Positions 13,095 through 26,100 of a stretch of DNA of 64,000 nucleotides are shown here, in pieces; position 1 is the stretch's first letter, and every line of letters begins with the position of its first letter. Origin of the DNA: Macrostomum lignano (taxonomy: Eukaryota); NCBI GenBank assembly GCA_002269645.1, contig NIVC01001008.1, positions 318,491 through 382,490 on the forward strand, written 5' to 3'. Both the position numbers and the translations under genes were made by a program. The notes under the pieces were generated by a model that was given only the letters and a program-made list of their open reading frames with translations, was not told the DNA's origin and ran no database searches.

Positions 13095-14316
13095 ATATGG
13101 CCTCTAGCATCTATTGCTAGATTGTCTTGTTGCCAGATTGACTAGAAGCCATTAAAATGAATTTGTACATAGCTGTATAAAGAGGCCAAGTAAAGTTTTT
13201 AATTTTATACTAAATTTGATATCTTTTATTTGGTACTTAATAGTTTAACTTTTAATATTTTAAAAAAATACTAGAGAATATTTGAAAATATAATTTACTT
13301 AATAAGTTTTTTAGCCTTACCTTGAGTTAATTTTAATGCCTTTCTGGGACCTTTTTTGGAATATAGGATTATAAAAAAATGGGTATGCAGAAATTTTCTT
13401 ACTGCATAAATAAATTTTTGGGCTTAGTGGAAATTCTGCTTGCCTCCCATCTACACTTATAAGGAGAACTGTTTTTGCTTTGCTTATCTATAAGAATATA
13501 TATTTACAAATTTTACTAATTGACAATTAACAATTTATCTATTAAAATCCATCAATCTTTCCATTGAATCTGTTATAGTAATAAGTATTCATCATTAAAC
13601 TGAATAGAAATGAATTTCTAGGAAAATAATTAAATGTGCAAAAGTAAAAGATCATTGCCTATGCTAATTACCTGTAAGTGTTATTATAATACGCTTAGAA
13701 TTTAATTCTTATATTTATATATTCTTAAGGATTTCTTAAATTAAGTCTTTAACAATCTAATTATATATTTAAAATGGTTTTATAGTAAATGTATAAAATT
13801 TTAATTTATTTAAAGGCCTTAAGAGTTTTATTAAATTTTTTTTTATAAGTTTCAATTTTTTAGTAACGACATTTTGGCAAATGTCACTTGAGTAAAATCA
13901 TTGTTAATCAACATTTTGTTAAAAATTTGGCTACTTGATTGGTTTTTCAACTTTAGATTTGTTTTTTAATCTATATTAATTTGAAGCTTATTAGTATTTA
14001 TAATAGTTTTGTTTAATTTTTTGGTATTTAAAGATACATAAATGTAATTTGGCAATACCATAGGCATAGTTGTTGTTTTTGAAGGCATATTTAAAGTAAC
14101 TGCAATGCTGTACATACATATTTTGCCATAGTAATTACCATAAGCCATATTAATAATATTCTAAAATCATATAATAAATAGTTTAGCTTTTGACTATGCC
14201 TATTGCAGGATTTACTACTATGGCCAAACACTAGGACACCAGGAATTAAGTTTTATGCTTCAATTTCTGAGGCTCAAAGTAATTCAATCTCTCGCTGTAA
14301 AACTATTCCTACTGCC

Positions 14317-14868
14317 ATGGACAACTTTGACACCGCGGAATCAATGCACCGGCTTGACCAGCGCCTGCAGATATCCGAGCGGGCCCTGCTGGAGGCTCGC
14401 AGACGACGCGGCGATCTGGAGTATTTCCTATCTGAAATGGTCCGGCAAGCCACCGATGCTGAGCAGCGCACTGAGCAGGCCAGAGAGCAGCTTGCTTCCC
14501 TGGAGCACCGTCAAGAGGTTCAACGCCGCGAGTTGCAGCACTGGGAGCGCCTGGCCGCTGAGGCACAGCAAACGGCAACTGAGGCCACCGAGGAGCTGTC
14601 CAAGCTGCTGAATGTTGGCCGGGCCACTCGCAATCGGTTGAACGATTCCGCTTGCGGCTTTGTTGATCGCCTGTTCGCCTCGCTGCCCTGGTCGCCGCCG
14701 TCTCCGGAGTCGACTGTGCCGCCGCCGTCGCTGAGCGAAGACCTGGCCAAGGCTGCCGCTGAAAGCGACGCCCAGATGGAGTTGGCCGCTGATAAAATTA
14801 ATCGGATCGCTAGCCAACTGCCTAGCGTGGTAGCTGGCCAGCAGCCACAGCTGGAGAATGAGATGTGA
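14317..14868 (+). CDS. Single-exon orphan coiled-coil protein, 183 aa
   Basis: GCCATGG start, GC-rich island in AT-rich DNA, heptad-like E/Q/R/A-rich helix followed by a Pro/Ser linker. No family recognised. Confidence 0.6.
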   Translation: MDNFDTAESMHRLDQRLQISERALLEARRRRGDLEYFLSEMVRQATDAEQRTEQAREQLASLEHRQEVQRRELQHWERLAAEAQQTATEATEELSKLLNVGRATRNRLNDSACGFVDRLFASLPWSPPSPESTVPPPSLSEDLAKAAAESDAQMELAADKINRIASQLPSVVAGQQPQLENEM

Positions 14869-15134
14869 AGATGGTGGAGTTTCTTTTTTGACGCTACTTC
14901 CTGTTTACCAACCTCACCGTCTGTTCTACTTTTCCTGTTATTTAATAAGTTTCCATGCATTTTCCTTCAGGTTTCTACAAGTTAAGCTAGTTCGTTCTTA
15001 AGCTATCTGCCTTTAACTTTTGTTTTTTTCGTCTTCCGTGTCTAAGAAAAAATAAACTGTTTTGGCATTTTGTGTGTGTTTTTTTATTAACAGTTCTTTT
15101 TTTGCGTTTGTGTATTTCACAGTCGTCTAAACTG

Positions 15135-15715
15135 GAGTGAATGGGGTGAAGGCCAGCTGCACCCAGTGAGTGAATAGGGTGAAGGCCAGCTGCACCCAGT
15201 GAGTGAATGGGGTGAGGGCCAGCTGCACCCAGTGAGTGAATGGGGTGAGGGCCAGCTGCACCCAGTGAGTGAATGGGGTGAGGGCAGCTGCACCTAGTGA
15301 GTGAATGGGGTGAAGGCCAGCTGCACCCAGTGAGTGAATGGGGTGAGGGCCAGCTGCACCCAGTGAGTGAATGGGGTGAAGGCCAGCTGCACCCTGTGAG
15401 TGAATGGGGTGAGGGCCAGCTGCACCCAGTGAGTGAATGGGGTGAGGGCCAGCTGCACCCAGTGAGTGAATGGGGTGAGGGCCAGCAGGACCCAGTGAGT
15501 GAATGGGGTGAGGGCCAGCTGCACCAAGTGAGTGAATAGGGTGAGGCCAGCTGCACCCAGTGAGTGAATGGGGTGAAGGCTAGCTGCACCCAGTGAGTGA
15601 ATAGGGTGAGGGTAGCTGCACCCAGTGAGTGAATAGGGTGAAGGCCAGTTGCACCCAGTGAGTGAATGGGATGAGGGCAGCTGCACCCAGTGAGTGAATA
15701 GGGTGAGGCCAGCAG
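15135..15715. repeat. 33-bp minisatellite (CAGTGAGTGAATGGGGTGAGGGCCAGCTGCACC), ~17 copies
   Basis: Direct tandem repeat upstream of ATP5MC copy 1. Confidence 0.95.
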
Positions 15716-15782
15716 GACCCAATACAGCAGTGCAAACAGTTTTCGATGAAGGTTGCAAAACAGTGCAAATAGTTTTCGATGA

Positions 15783-16196
<414 letters not shown>

Positions 16197-16671
16197 GAGG
16201 CTTTGGCGAATGCAGGATTTTTTAGCCCTTAAAAAGACTACTGGCAGTAGCAAGTGTTCTCCGGCTAGGAGTTAAGCTGTTTTTAGACCCTAAGAAACTT
16301 GTTTGTTGCTTTTCAGATTCATTAAAGCAGAGACGCCCACCTGAACAGAACCTAATAGTAACTTAATAGAATTTTCATCAATAATTTAAGTCCCAATAAG
16401 TAAACAAACCCGTATTCCTTTTAGATCATTTATTATCATTTTAACTATAACTTAGATGCCACCCCAGTAGTGTGAAGCGATTGTGTAACAGAGTTATTTG
16501 CCATTGTTTAAGCTATAGCAAATATATATGAAACATTTACACTGCAAGACCACGATCTAACTGTGTGCGTGTGTGGAATTATGTTTTGACTTTGTCATTT
16601 ACTTCCTTACACCTTGTATTGACATATTTCATTGTTAGCTGTGGGATTATATTTTGTGAGAATCATCCGTG

Positions 16672-17416
16672 AGAATAAATCCCCTCAGGAATCGGCCATC
16701 AGAATAAATCCCCTCAGAAATCGGCCATCAGAATAAATCCCCTCAGGAATCGAGCATCAGAATAAATCCCCTCAGAAATCGAGCATCAGAATAAATCCCC
16801 TCAGGAATCGAGCATCAGAATAAATCCCCTCAGGAATCGGCCATCAGAATGAATCCCCTCAGGAATCGAGCATCAGAATAAATCCCCTCAGGAATCGGCC
16901 ATCAGAATGAATCCCCTCAGGAATCGGCCATCAGAATGAATCCCCTCAGGAATCGGCCATCAGAATGAATCCCCTCAGGAATCGGCCATCAGAATGAATC
17001 CCCTCAGGAATCGGCCATCAGAATGAATCCCCTCAGGAATCGACCATCAGAATGAATCCCCTCAGGAATCCACCATCAGAATAAATCCCCTCAGGAATCG
17101 GCCATCAGAATAAATCCCCTCAGGAATCGGCCATCAGAATAAATCCCCTCAGGAATCGGCCATCAGAATGAATCCCCTCAGGAATCGGCCATCAGAATAA
17201 ATCCCCTCAGGAATCGGTCATCAGAATAAATCCCCTCAGGAATCGGCCATCAGAATAAATCCCCTCAGGAATCGGCCATCAGAATAAATCCCCTCAGGAA
17301 TCTACCATCAGAATAAATCCCCTCAGGAATCGGCCATCAGAATAAATCCCCTCAGGAATCGGCCATCAGAATAAATCCCCTCAGGAATCTACCATCAGAA
17401 TAAATCCCCTCAGGAA
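16672..17416. repeat. 29-bp minisatellite (ATCAGAATAAATCCCCTCAGGAATCGGCC), ~25 copies
   Basis: Direct tandem repeat between the two ATP5MC copies. Confidence 0.95.
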
Positions 17417-17457
17417 AAGTCGTTATGCAATTGCTCCTGCACAAGGAGGGAGTTTAG

Positions 17458-17865
<408 letters not shown>

Positions 17866-18693
17866 GAGGCTTTGGCGAATGGTCATTTATTAGCTTCGGT
17901 TGCCGATGTAGTAGCTCTACACAAGTTGGGTTTCAATAAACAGTACCGGTAGGACGTGTTGTTCGACTATGCAGCCTCTAGAATACGAGTATGGAAGCCC
18001 AGCTGTAGTTTAAGGTTCCATTCTAACCAACTATTTAACTAGACTTTAAAATTTAGTGTTCACATTTCTAGCCGTATGAAATTTAATTAAAATACTATAG
18101 TTTCTAATGCCAATCGCTTGAAAGGCTATTTTTCAATTGCTTTAAATGATCAGTAGATATTTAATAGCGCTAACTGACAAACTAAAACTAGACGTTTTTT
18201 TCAAAGTCTTCGCCCTTGTGCTAATTTAATTGCAAATGAAATAAAAATAAACTGTTTATGGTTTACTGATAATATTGATAATTAATAACTGATAATTAAT
18301 CTAAGAAAAAAATATGACCTAATACTTTTTATCATTTTAATTATACTGGGGTACAACTCGTAAATCAATTGTGATGATCTGCTTCATGTGCTTCGGCAAA
18401 TACTTCTACCTGCCGCAACGAAAAAATTCTGTTTTGATGAAGAATAGCCTCTTATGAAGAGCCTCTTAACAGAAATCAGGATAAAAGGTTCAAAAATAGT
18501 TCGGCGCTGAAATTGTGTTAGTCTATGGTGTCTGAGCGAAACGTAATCGCAAAAAGTATGCATCTTTCGCGCTTATCGTCTTAAGTTTAAAATACATTTT
18601 TAATTGACGATCATTGTACATAGCTACTCATAATTTTTGTGTAAAGGTGTTTGTGAAGTCTAATTAGCTCGTAGCTAGTTAGTTGGAGTTATA

Positions 18694-19887
18694 ATGGCTG
18701 CTGATTCCGACCAAACAGAGACGCAAACTTCGGCTATCGGTAATGCATCTGAAGTGGCTTTGCACACTGATGATCCCCTGACAACCATTAGCAGTGAGCA
18801 GTCACCGTCGGTCTGCTTAACAATGGATCAACTGTCTGGCAATGCCTCCAATGCCTACAATGCTGCTACCTCGATTGATGGAGATCGGGCCTGTCCAGAT
18901 TCCGCTGCCGCTACCTCTGCTAGAGCGATTGAGTCAACCCTGCTTGCCCCCAATGCTGAAGTAGATGACGAGGTAATTCAGATCGTCATGCTTCCGTGTA
19001 GAGCTTTTATGGAGAAAATAACAGCCTTTGAGTTAACATTTGAGTTTAGCTCTTCAGATTAATGATCTAAGACACCTTATCAGAGGCTTATCTACATCAC
19101 TTTATCCCAGCATCGTAACCCTCAGAACCTGGATGCAGTGCCTTCGATGCCATTAAAATATTCTCAATCTCACTTTCATCACCCTAATCATCCTAAATGA
19201 CCTCAAGCTGTCCGAATCTCCGTGACCCGCTGCATCACACCAATGACACATTTGAAATCGGATCTCCACGATATGAAGTTCCATGAACCAGGTAGCCTAG
19301 AGTCAACAGGTTGCACTATTTGTACACACGCTTGTACTCATTATTCAACCACCCAGAAGCCTGACGAGACTCCAGTCTGTCGGATCTGCCTGGACGGCGC
19401 CTCATCCGGACCGCTGCGCCGCCTCTGCGCCTGCCAGGGCACCGTGGGGAGCCTCCACCGGCACTGCCTGACCCGCTGGCTCGGCCTGTCAAAGAAGCAG
19501 CACTGCGAGCTGTGCCTGCAGCCGCTGCCGGTGGTGATCGACCAGCCGGGCCTGGTACAGTACATCCGGAACGCCCCTAAACGCTGCCACTGTGTGGCTT
19601 TGCTAGACTTGGTCAGCCTCCTTCTGATGCTGCCGCTCATTGTGTACTGCAATCTGCTCTCCGTGTCCGCTTTGCAACACTTCAGAGAGCTGCGCTACCT
19701 TCGCCTGCGGCAGTACTCCTTCTGGGAGATTTGCTTTGGCATTGTGCTGACCCCTTTCCTGCTGTCCGGCTTCCTGCTCTGGATCTGGTTCGTGTGCCGC
19801 GGCCACCGTTCTGAGTACAGGCGCTGGCGTCTGGAGCATCGGCGGGTGACGCTGTGCGAGTCCGAGTCCTCCCTAGCTGAGCAGTGA
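18694..19887 (+). CDS. MARCHF: MARCH-type RING-CH (RINGv) membrane E3 ubiquitin ligase, 2 exons (18694-18972, 19357-19887), 269 aa
   Basis: C4HC3 motif CRIC...CACQG..LHRHCL..W....CELC followed by two hydrophobic TM segments. A phase-0 intron (GAG|gtaatt...acccag|AAG) joins the two supplied ORFs. Confidence 0.85.
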
Positions 19888-21074
19888 GCGCACCTCACTT
19901 AAAATCTCGGAATGCGATGTACTCATCATACTACTGACTGAAAAGTATAGTGCGCGCGGGTTTACAATAGTTTAGTGAATTTAATGAAAAGGAATCGCAT
20001 CCAGCGCTTATTAGACTACTGATGAATAGTACTAATATGCGCCAACCAGGCTGAGAGAACAACGAAAAAAATGAATATAAAAAGTAGAGATTTGTCGCCA
20101 GTGAAAAAAATCGAGGACTTACGACAAAGCGAGGTTTATAAAGTGCTAAGTTGTTCACTTTTCAGCTATAAATAATTTCCATACAATTTCTGATTCTATT
20201 TTATTTTTCTTTCATATATGGATATACTACTCATTAGCTATTACTCGCCCAATTTCCAGCTTGGTCAAATGAACTGTAATTTTTGGACCGAATATAAATG
20301 CCTACTGAGAGTAGTGCTCTGGCACTCTCAAACATAGATAATTATATAAACTAACTGAAACCGCGAAAGTCGCGCAGAAATTAAACTGACTGCTCAAGCA
20401 GAAAAAAAACTCGCTATACGACCGTAGTTTTCAGTTCTCAGAAGTCTTCTGCCAATTTGTGTTATGAACAATTTAAACATGCCTGTCTGGACTTTTTATA
20501 TCTGTCATGGATTCTTTTAGATACTGCGAAGGTTTTCGAAGGTTTGCTTACCTTCTGGCCCCTCAGCCCCTCCTGTCCCTTCTGTTTGATCCATTTTCTT
20601 TCGCACAGTTCGAGGAAAGTGCATAACGGGTTTGCATATATACTGAGAACATGAATTATGTTTATTGATCACAATGTGTATTGTGCCTTATCTGTCAATG
20701 ATAGGCGTCCCTTTACTATTGATCTATAGAATTTCTACTGCTGAATAGAACAGGGAGTTTTCAATTCAAAACAAAAACAACTGTTCAAAACCGTTTTTCC
20801 GGCATGCCAATAAATGCACGCATAAATATGAAATCTATAACTGTGTATACTTACAAAATATTATATAGAAGTTAGTGAGTGTGCTCTCTGCTGGGACTCG
20901 TAAAAATAGCAAATATTATTTGAGGCGCCAGGTTGGGAACAATTATGAAAATGCTCAGAGAGTGCCCAGTTTCTTGCCTTCTGTAAGCTATTTAACTGAC
21001 AAGATTCAGTTCTTTGTTCTAAATGTATACACTGTAAAAGTACGTAGACTCGTGGTATGTTCGTGCTGAGATAA

Positions 21075-23015
21075 TGAGAAAGATAAGGAGGAGGGTGGCA
21101 GGGGTGGATTGAGGTGAAGAGACAGATAAGGAGGAGGGTGGCAGAGGGGGATTGAGGTGAAGAGACAGATAAGGAGGAGGGTGGCAGAGGGGATTGAGGT
21201 GAAGAGACAGATAAGGAGGAGGGTGGCAGAGGGGGATTGAGGTGAAGAGACAGATAAGGAGGAGGGTGGCAGAGGGGGATTGAGGTGAAGAGACAGATAA
21301 GGAGGAGGGTGGCAGAGGGGATTGAGGTGAAGAGACAGATAAGGAGGAGGGTGGCAGAGGGGGATTGAGGTGAAGAGACAGATAAGGAGGAGGGTGGCAG
21401 AGGGGATTGAGGTGAAGAGACAGATAAGGAGGAGGGTGGCAGTGGATTGAGGTGAAGAGACAGATAAGGAGGAGGGTGGCAGAGGGGGATTGAGGTGAAG
21501 AGACAGATAAGGAGGAGGGTGGCAGAGGGGGATTGAGGTGAAGAGACAGATAAGGAGGAGGGTGGCAGAGGGGGATTGAGGTGAAGAGACAGATAAGGAG
21601 GAGGGTGGCAGAGGGGATTGAGGTGAAGAGACAGATAAGGAGGAGGGTGGCAGTGGATTGAGGTGAAGAGACAGATAAGGAGGAGGGTACGTGGCAGAGG
21701 GGGATTGAGGTGAAGAGACAGATAAGGAGGAGGGTGGCAGTGGATTGAGGTGAAGAGACAGATAAGGAGGAGGGTGGCAGAGGGGGATTGAGGTGAAGAG
21801 ACAGATAAGGAGGAGGGTGGCAGAGGGGGATTGAGGTGAAGAGACAGATAAGGAGGAGGGTGGCAGAGGGGGATTGAGGTGAAGAGACAGATAAGGAGGA
21901 GGGTGGCAGTGGATTGAGGTGAAGAGACAGATAAGGAGGAGGGTGGCAGAGGGGGATTGAGGTGAAGAGACAGATAAGGAGGAGGGTGGCAGAGGGGGAT
22001 TGAGGTGAAGAGACAGATAAGGAGGAGGGTGGCAGAGGGGGATTGAGGTGAAGAGACAGATAAGGAGGAGGGTGGCAGAGGGGGATTGAGGTGAAGAGAC
22101 AGATAAGGAGGAGGGTGGCAGAGGGGGATTGAGGTGAAGAGACAGATAAGGAGGAGGGTGGCAGAGGGGGATTGAGGTGAAGAGACAGATAAGGAGGAGG
22201 GTGGCAGTGGATTGAGGTGAAGAGACAGATAAGGAGGAGGGTACGTGGCAGAGGGGGATTGAGGTGAAGAGACAGATAAGGAGGAGGGTGGCAGTGGATT
22301 GAGGTGAAGAGACAGATAAGGAGGAGGGTGGCAGAGGGGGATTGAGGTGAAGAGACAGATAAGGAGGAGGGTACGTGGCAGAGGGGGATTGAGGTGAAGA
22401 GACAGATAAGGAGGAGGGTGGCAGAGGGGGATTGAGGTGAAGAGACAGATAAGGAGGAGGGTACGTGGCAGAGGGGGATTGAGGTGAAAAGACAGATAAG
22501 GAGGAGGGTGGCAGAGGGAGATTGAGGTGAAGAGACAGATAAGGAGGAGGGTGGCAGTGGATTGAGGTGAAGAGACAGATAAGGAGGAGGGTGGCAGAGG
22601 GGGATTGAGGTGAAGAGACAGATAAGGAGGAGGGTGGCAGAGGGGGATTGAGGTGAAGAGACAGATAAGGAGGAGGGTGGCAGTGGGGGATTGAGGTGAA
22701 GAGACAGATAAGGAGGAGGGTGGCAGTGGGGGATTGAGGTGAAGAGACAGATAAGGAGGAGGGTACGTGGCAGAGGGGGATTGAGGTGAAGAGACAGATA
22801 AGGAGGAGGGTGGCAGTGGATTGAGGTGAAGAGACAGATAAGGAGGAGGGTGGCAGAGGGGGATTGAGGTGAAGAGACAGATAAGGAGGAGGGTGGCAGA
22901 GGGGGATTGAGGTGAAGAGACAGATAAGGAGGAGGGTGGCAGAGGGGGATTGAGGTGAAGAGACAGATAAGGAGGAGGGTGGCAGAGGGGGATTGAGGTG
23001 AAGAGACAGATAAGT
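21075..23015. repeat. 43-bp purine-rich minisatellite (GAGACAGATAAGGAGGAGGGTGGCAGAGGGGGATTGAGGTGAA), ~45 copies
   Basis: Direct tandem repeat; source of the spurious 745-aa ORF. Confidence 0.95.
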
Positions 23016-23166
23016 AGGGAGGCAGAGGACAGTCTAAATGAAGGAAATAACTGGTAACAGATGAGGTGCTGGGGTCGAGCTAAGCACGTCTGCATCATTG
23101 CTTATAAATGTTAAATAGTTGATTAGACTGAACCTCGATAGAGGACTACTTAAAAACGCCCTATAT

Positions 23167-26100
23167 TCACACGGAACTTCGTCTGTCTCTCCCTCCTCCA
23201 AGCTGCTCCGTTTGTGACGCGCTGTCTCTGCATGCCGGGCTGGTCTGAAGGCTTGCGTCCGCCAGTGGCGCCGCAGCGGCGACCGCAGGCGCTTCTGCTG
23301 AGGCTTTGACGTTTGTGCTGAGTATTGTCTCCAGACTGGCTGCGGCTGCCGTTTGGAGAGTGGAGGAGTGGAGAGACTATTTGTTATAATCTGCTGATAG
23401 CCGCCTCCCAACTACTCAGGGCTCTGATGGACCGCCACTGCCTGTCCTCCCAGGGCTCTGATTGGCCCACCACTGACTCTCCTATCAGGGCTCTGATTGA
23501 CCCGCCACTGGCTCTCCTATCAGGGCTCTGATTGACCCGCCACTGGCTCTCCTATCAGGGCTCTGATTGGCCCACCACTGACTCTCCTTTCAGGGCTCTG
23601 ATTGACCCGCCACTGGCTCTCCTATCAGGGCTCTGATTGACCCGCCACTGGCTCTCCTATCAGGGCTCTGATTGACCCGCCACTGGCTCTCCTATCAGGG
23701 CTCTGTTGACCCGCCACTGCCCTGTCCTCTCGGGGCTCTTTTTGGACCGCCACTGCCTGTCCTCTCGGGGCTCTGATTGGCCCACCACTGCCTGTCCTCT
23801 CAGAGCTCTGATTGGCCCTGCCACTGACTCTCCTTTCAGGGCTCTGATTGGCCCCGCCACTGCCTCTCCTCTCAGGGTTCTGATTGGACCCCAACTCCTA
23901 TTATTCGACAAAGCGACGCTCACCTCTACACTGGCCGCAGGCTCCAGCGCTCTCTGAATTCTTCACACTACTGCCACCACCACCGCCACCACCGCCGCTG
24001 ATGGCCAGGCTGACCAGAGGCAGCACGGCGGAGTTTCTCTGTGCCGCCATCATGCCTTTCAGGTCCAGCTTCCTGCTGCCGCTGCCGGCGCTCGAGCTGC
24101 TCTTGTTGTAGGCCCGTCTGGTTGAGGAGGAAGTCGATGCTAGACTGTGCACCGTGGACAGCGGCTGCTGCTGGCCTGACAGTCTGGAGAACTGCATCTT
24201 GGAGCTAGTTGAGTCCATCCTGATGGCGAATTCGTTGCCGTAGATGCTCACCCTTCGTTTGCTGGTCAGCCTGCGGTGGTTTATCTTGCCGTTTGGGGTC
24301 GAGGATGCGCCTCCGCCGGAGCCGTCCGCGTCATCGGCGGTGGCGCCTGCGGATCTTTCGTCAGCGCCTTCAGTGACGGCGGACGGTCCAGCAGTGGACT
24401 CTGCAATAGGGTCATCCGTGGTCCGATGGCCGTACACCTGCTTGTTGAACTCTTCTCCGTTGAACATGCTTTTGTTGATAGCCACTAGGGCTGTTAGGCG
24501 CTGAAGTGTTGCATGATTGGGCTGTGTTTATAACAGCTGCTAATTGGATAGTTAGTGCGTCTATGGTCTGCTAATTGGATAATTATTGTGCCTATAGCCT
24601 GCCAATTGCAATGTTTCACCTGAGAGAAAGATCCTTTGGCGGTGAAGACCAAGTAATAAACAATGCAGACTGGCAGCGGCAGCAGCGGCAGGAACTCCAG
24701 CACATAACTGGCATTTATTGTCCAACTGGGCAGCGGCAGGCCCACCTCGTTCGGCTTTTTAAACCATTTAATTACCAGATTCGCCTGCGGAAAAGTTGAT
24801 GTGGTCGCGCACGAAATTGAATCAAGGCAATAAGTTATAAACCTTTTTGTTAATCTAATCTTGACTAGACGCCTAAATAAGCTGTTTGTTAGGATATACA
24901 GGCAAAAGATAAGCATGCATCAACTACACTACTGTTAGTAGAAATAGAAGCAAAAATGAGTAAATTTAATTTAACCCAACAAAAGTGTCTGGGAAATTTC
25001 TGCTCTCACAATCAGAGCAGCCGGTGACAGCACGGTCCAGCAGACTTTCCACCATAGCGACAGATTTCCTCGCAGCATAATCTTGATGATGGCGCTGAAC
25101 TGCTGCACACCGAACACCCAGCTGACGGTTGCCAGCTCCATGAGGCACAGCAGCGCCACCGACCAGGCGATGCCGTAGGCGTCAAGCAGTTCGACCAGGT
25201 GAAATCCTGCCTGCAGTTGTTTGTTGAAAATAGGCGCTCCGTTAATATTTGTGGGAAGGGAATTGCTGCAGCTATACTGTATTGGATTAGCAATTGGTTA
25301 TGAGTTGATTAGTGCTGGCTCAAATAAAACTTTATAGTGCTGCTTTATAGGCATTGGGGACACAGCTGAGTATTTGGGTCACAGCTGGGGTTTTGGAGTT
25401 ACAGCTGGGGTATTGGGGTCGCAGCTGGGGTATTGGAGTCACAGCTGGGGTATTGGGGTCATAGCTGGGGTATTGTGGTCACAGCTGGGGTATTGGAGTC
25501 ACAGCTGGGGTATTGGGGTCGCAGCTGGGGTATTGGAGTCACAGCTGGGGTATTGGAGTCGCAGCTGGGGTATTGGAGTCACAGCTGGGGTATTGGAGTC
25601 GCAGCTGGGGTATTGGGGTCACAGCTGGGGTATTGGGGTCACAGGTAGGGTACTCAGGCTACACCCTGAGGCTAAAGGATATGGGGTGCCGGCAGCCACA
25701 ACAGAAACGGCAGCCAGAAGACAGCAGGAACTCAGGCCGGCAGTCCCGCACAGAGGTGCTGAGCGGCAGCTGCAGGCCGGCCATGCCCAGACAGAAGGCC
25801 GGCAGCCACCAGACTCGAAGGCCTTCGCCGCCGACTCGCAGCAGGTCGTGAAAGCTGATTGGCCGGCCGCCGCAGAGACGCAGCGCGCCGGAGGCGGCGG
25901 TGAAGGCCACGGCGGACAGGCAGTCGGCGCAGATGGCCAGGTTGAGAAAGGTGAGAATTGCCGCTGTCAAGAACAGAATCCCACTCAGCCAGGCCGGCTG
26001 CCAGCAGAGCAGCGCCGAGTAGGCAGCGAATGCGCCTGCGAGAGTCTCTGCAACAGCAGGGGGCAAACGGGGGCAATCGGATGTGGATCGCCATTGCCCA

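Noticed and set aside
18694-19062. Stand-alone 122-aa gene
   Set aside because: A phase-0 donor at 18973 splices it in frame to the RING-CH exon
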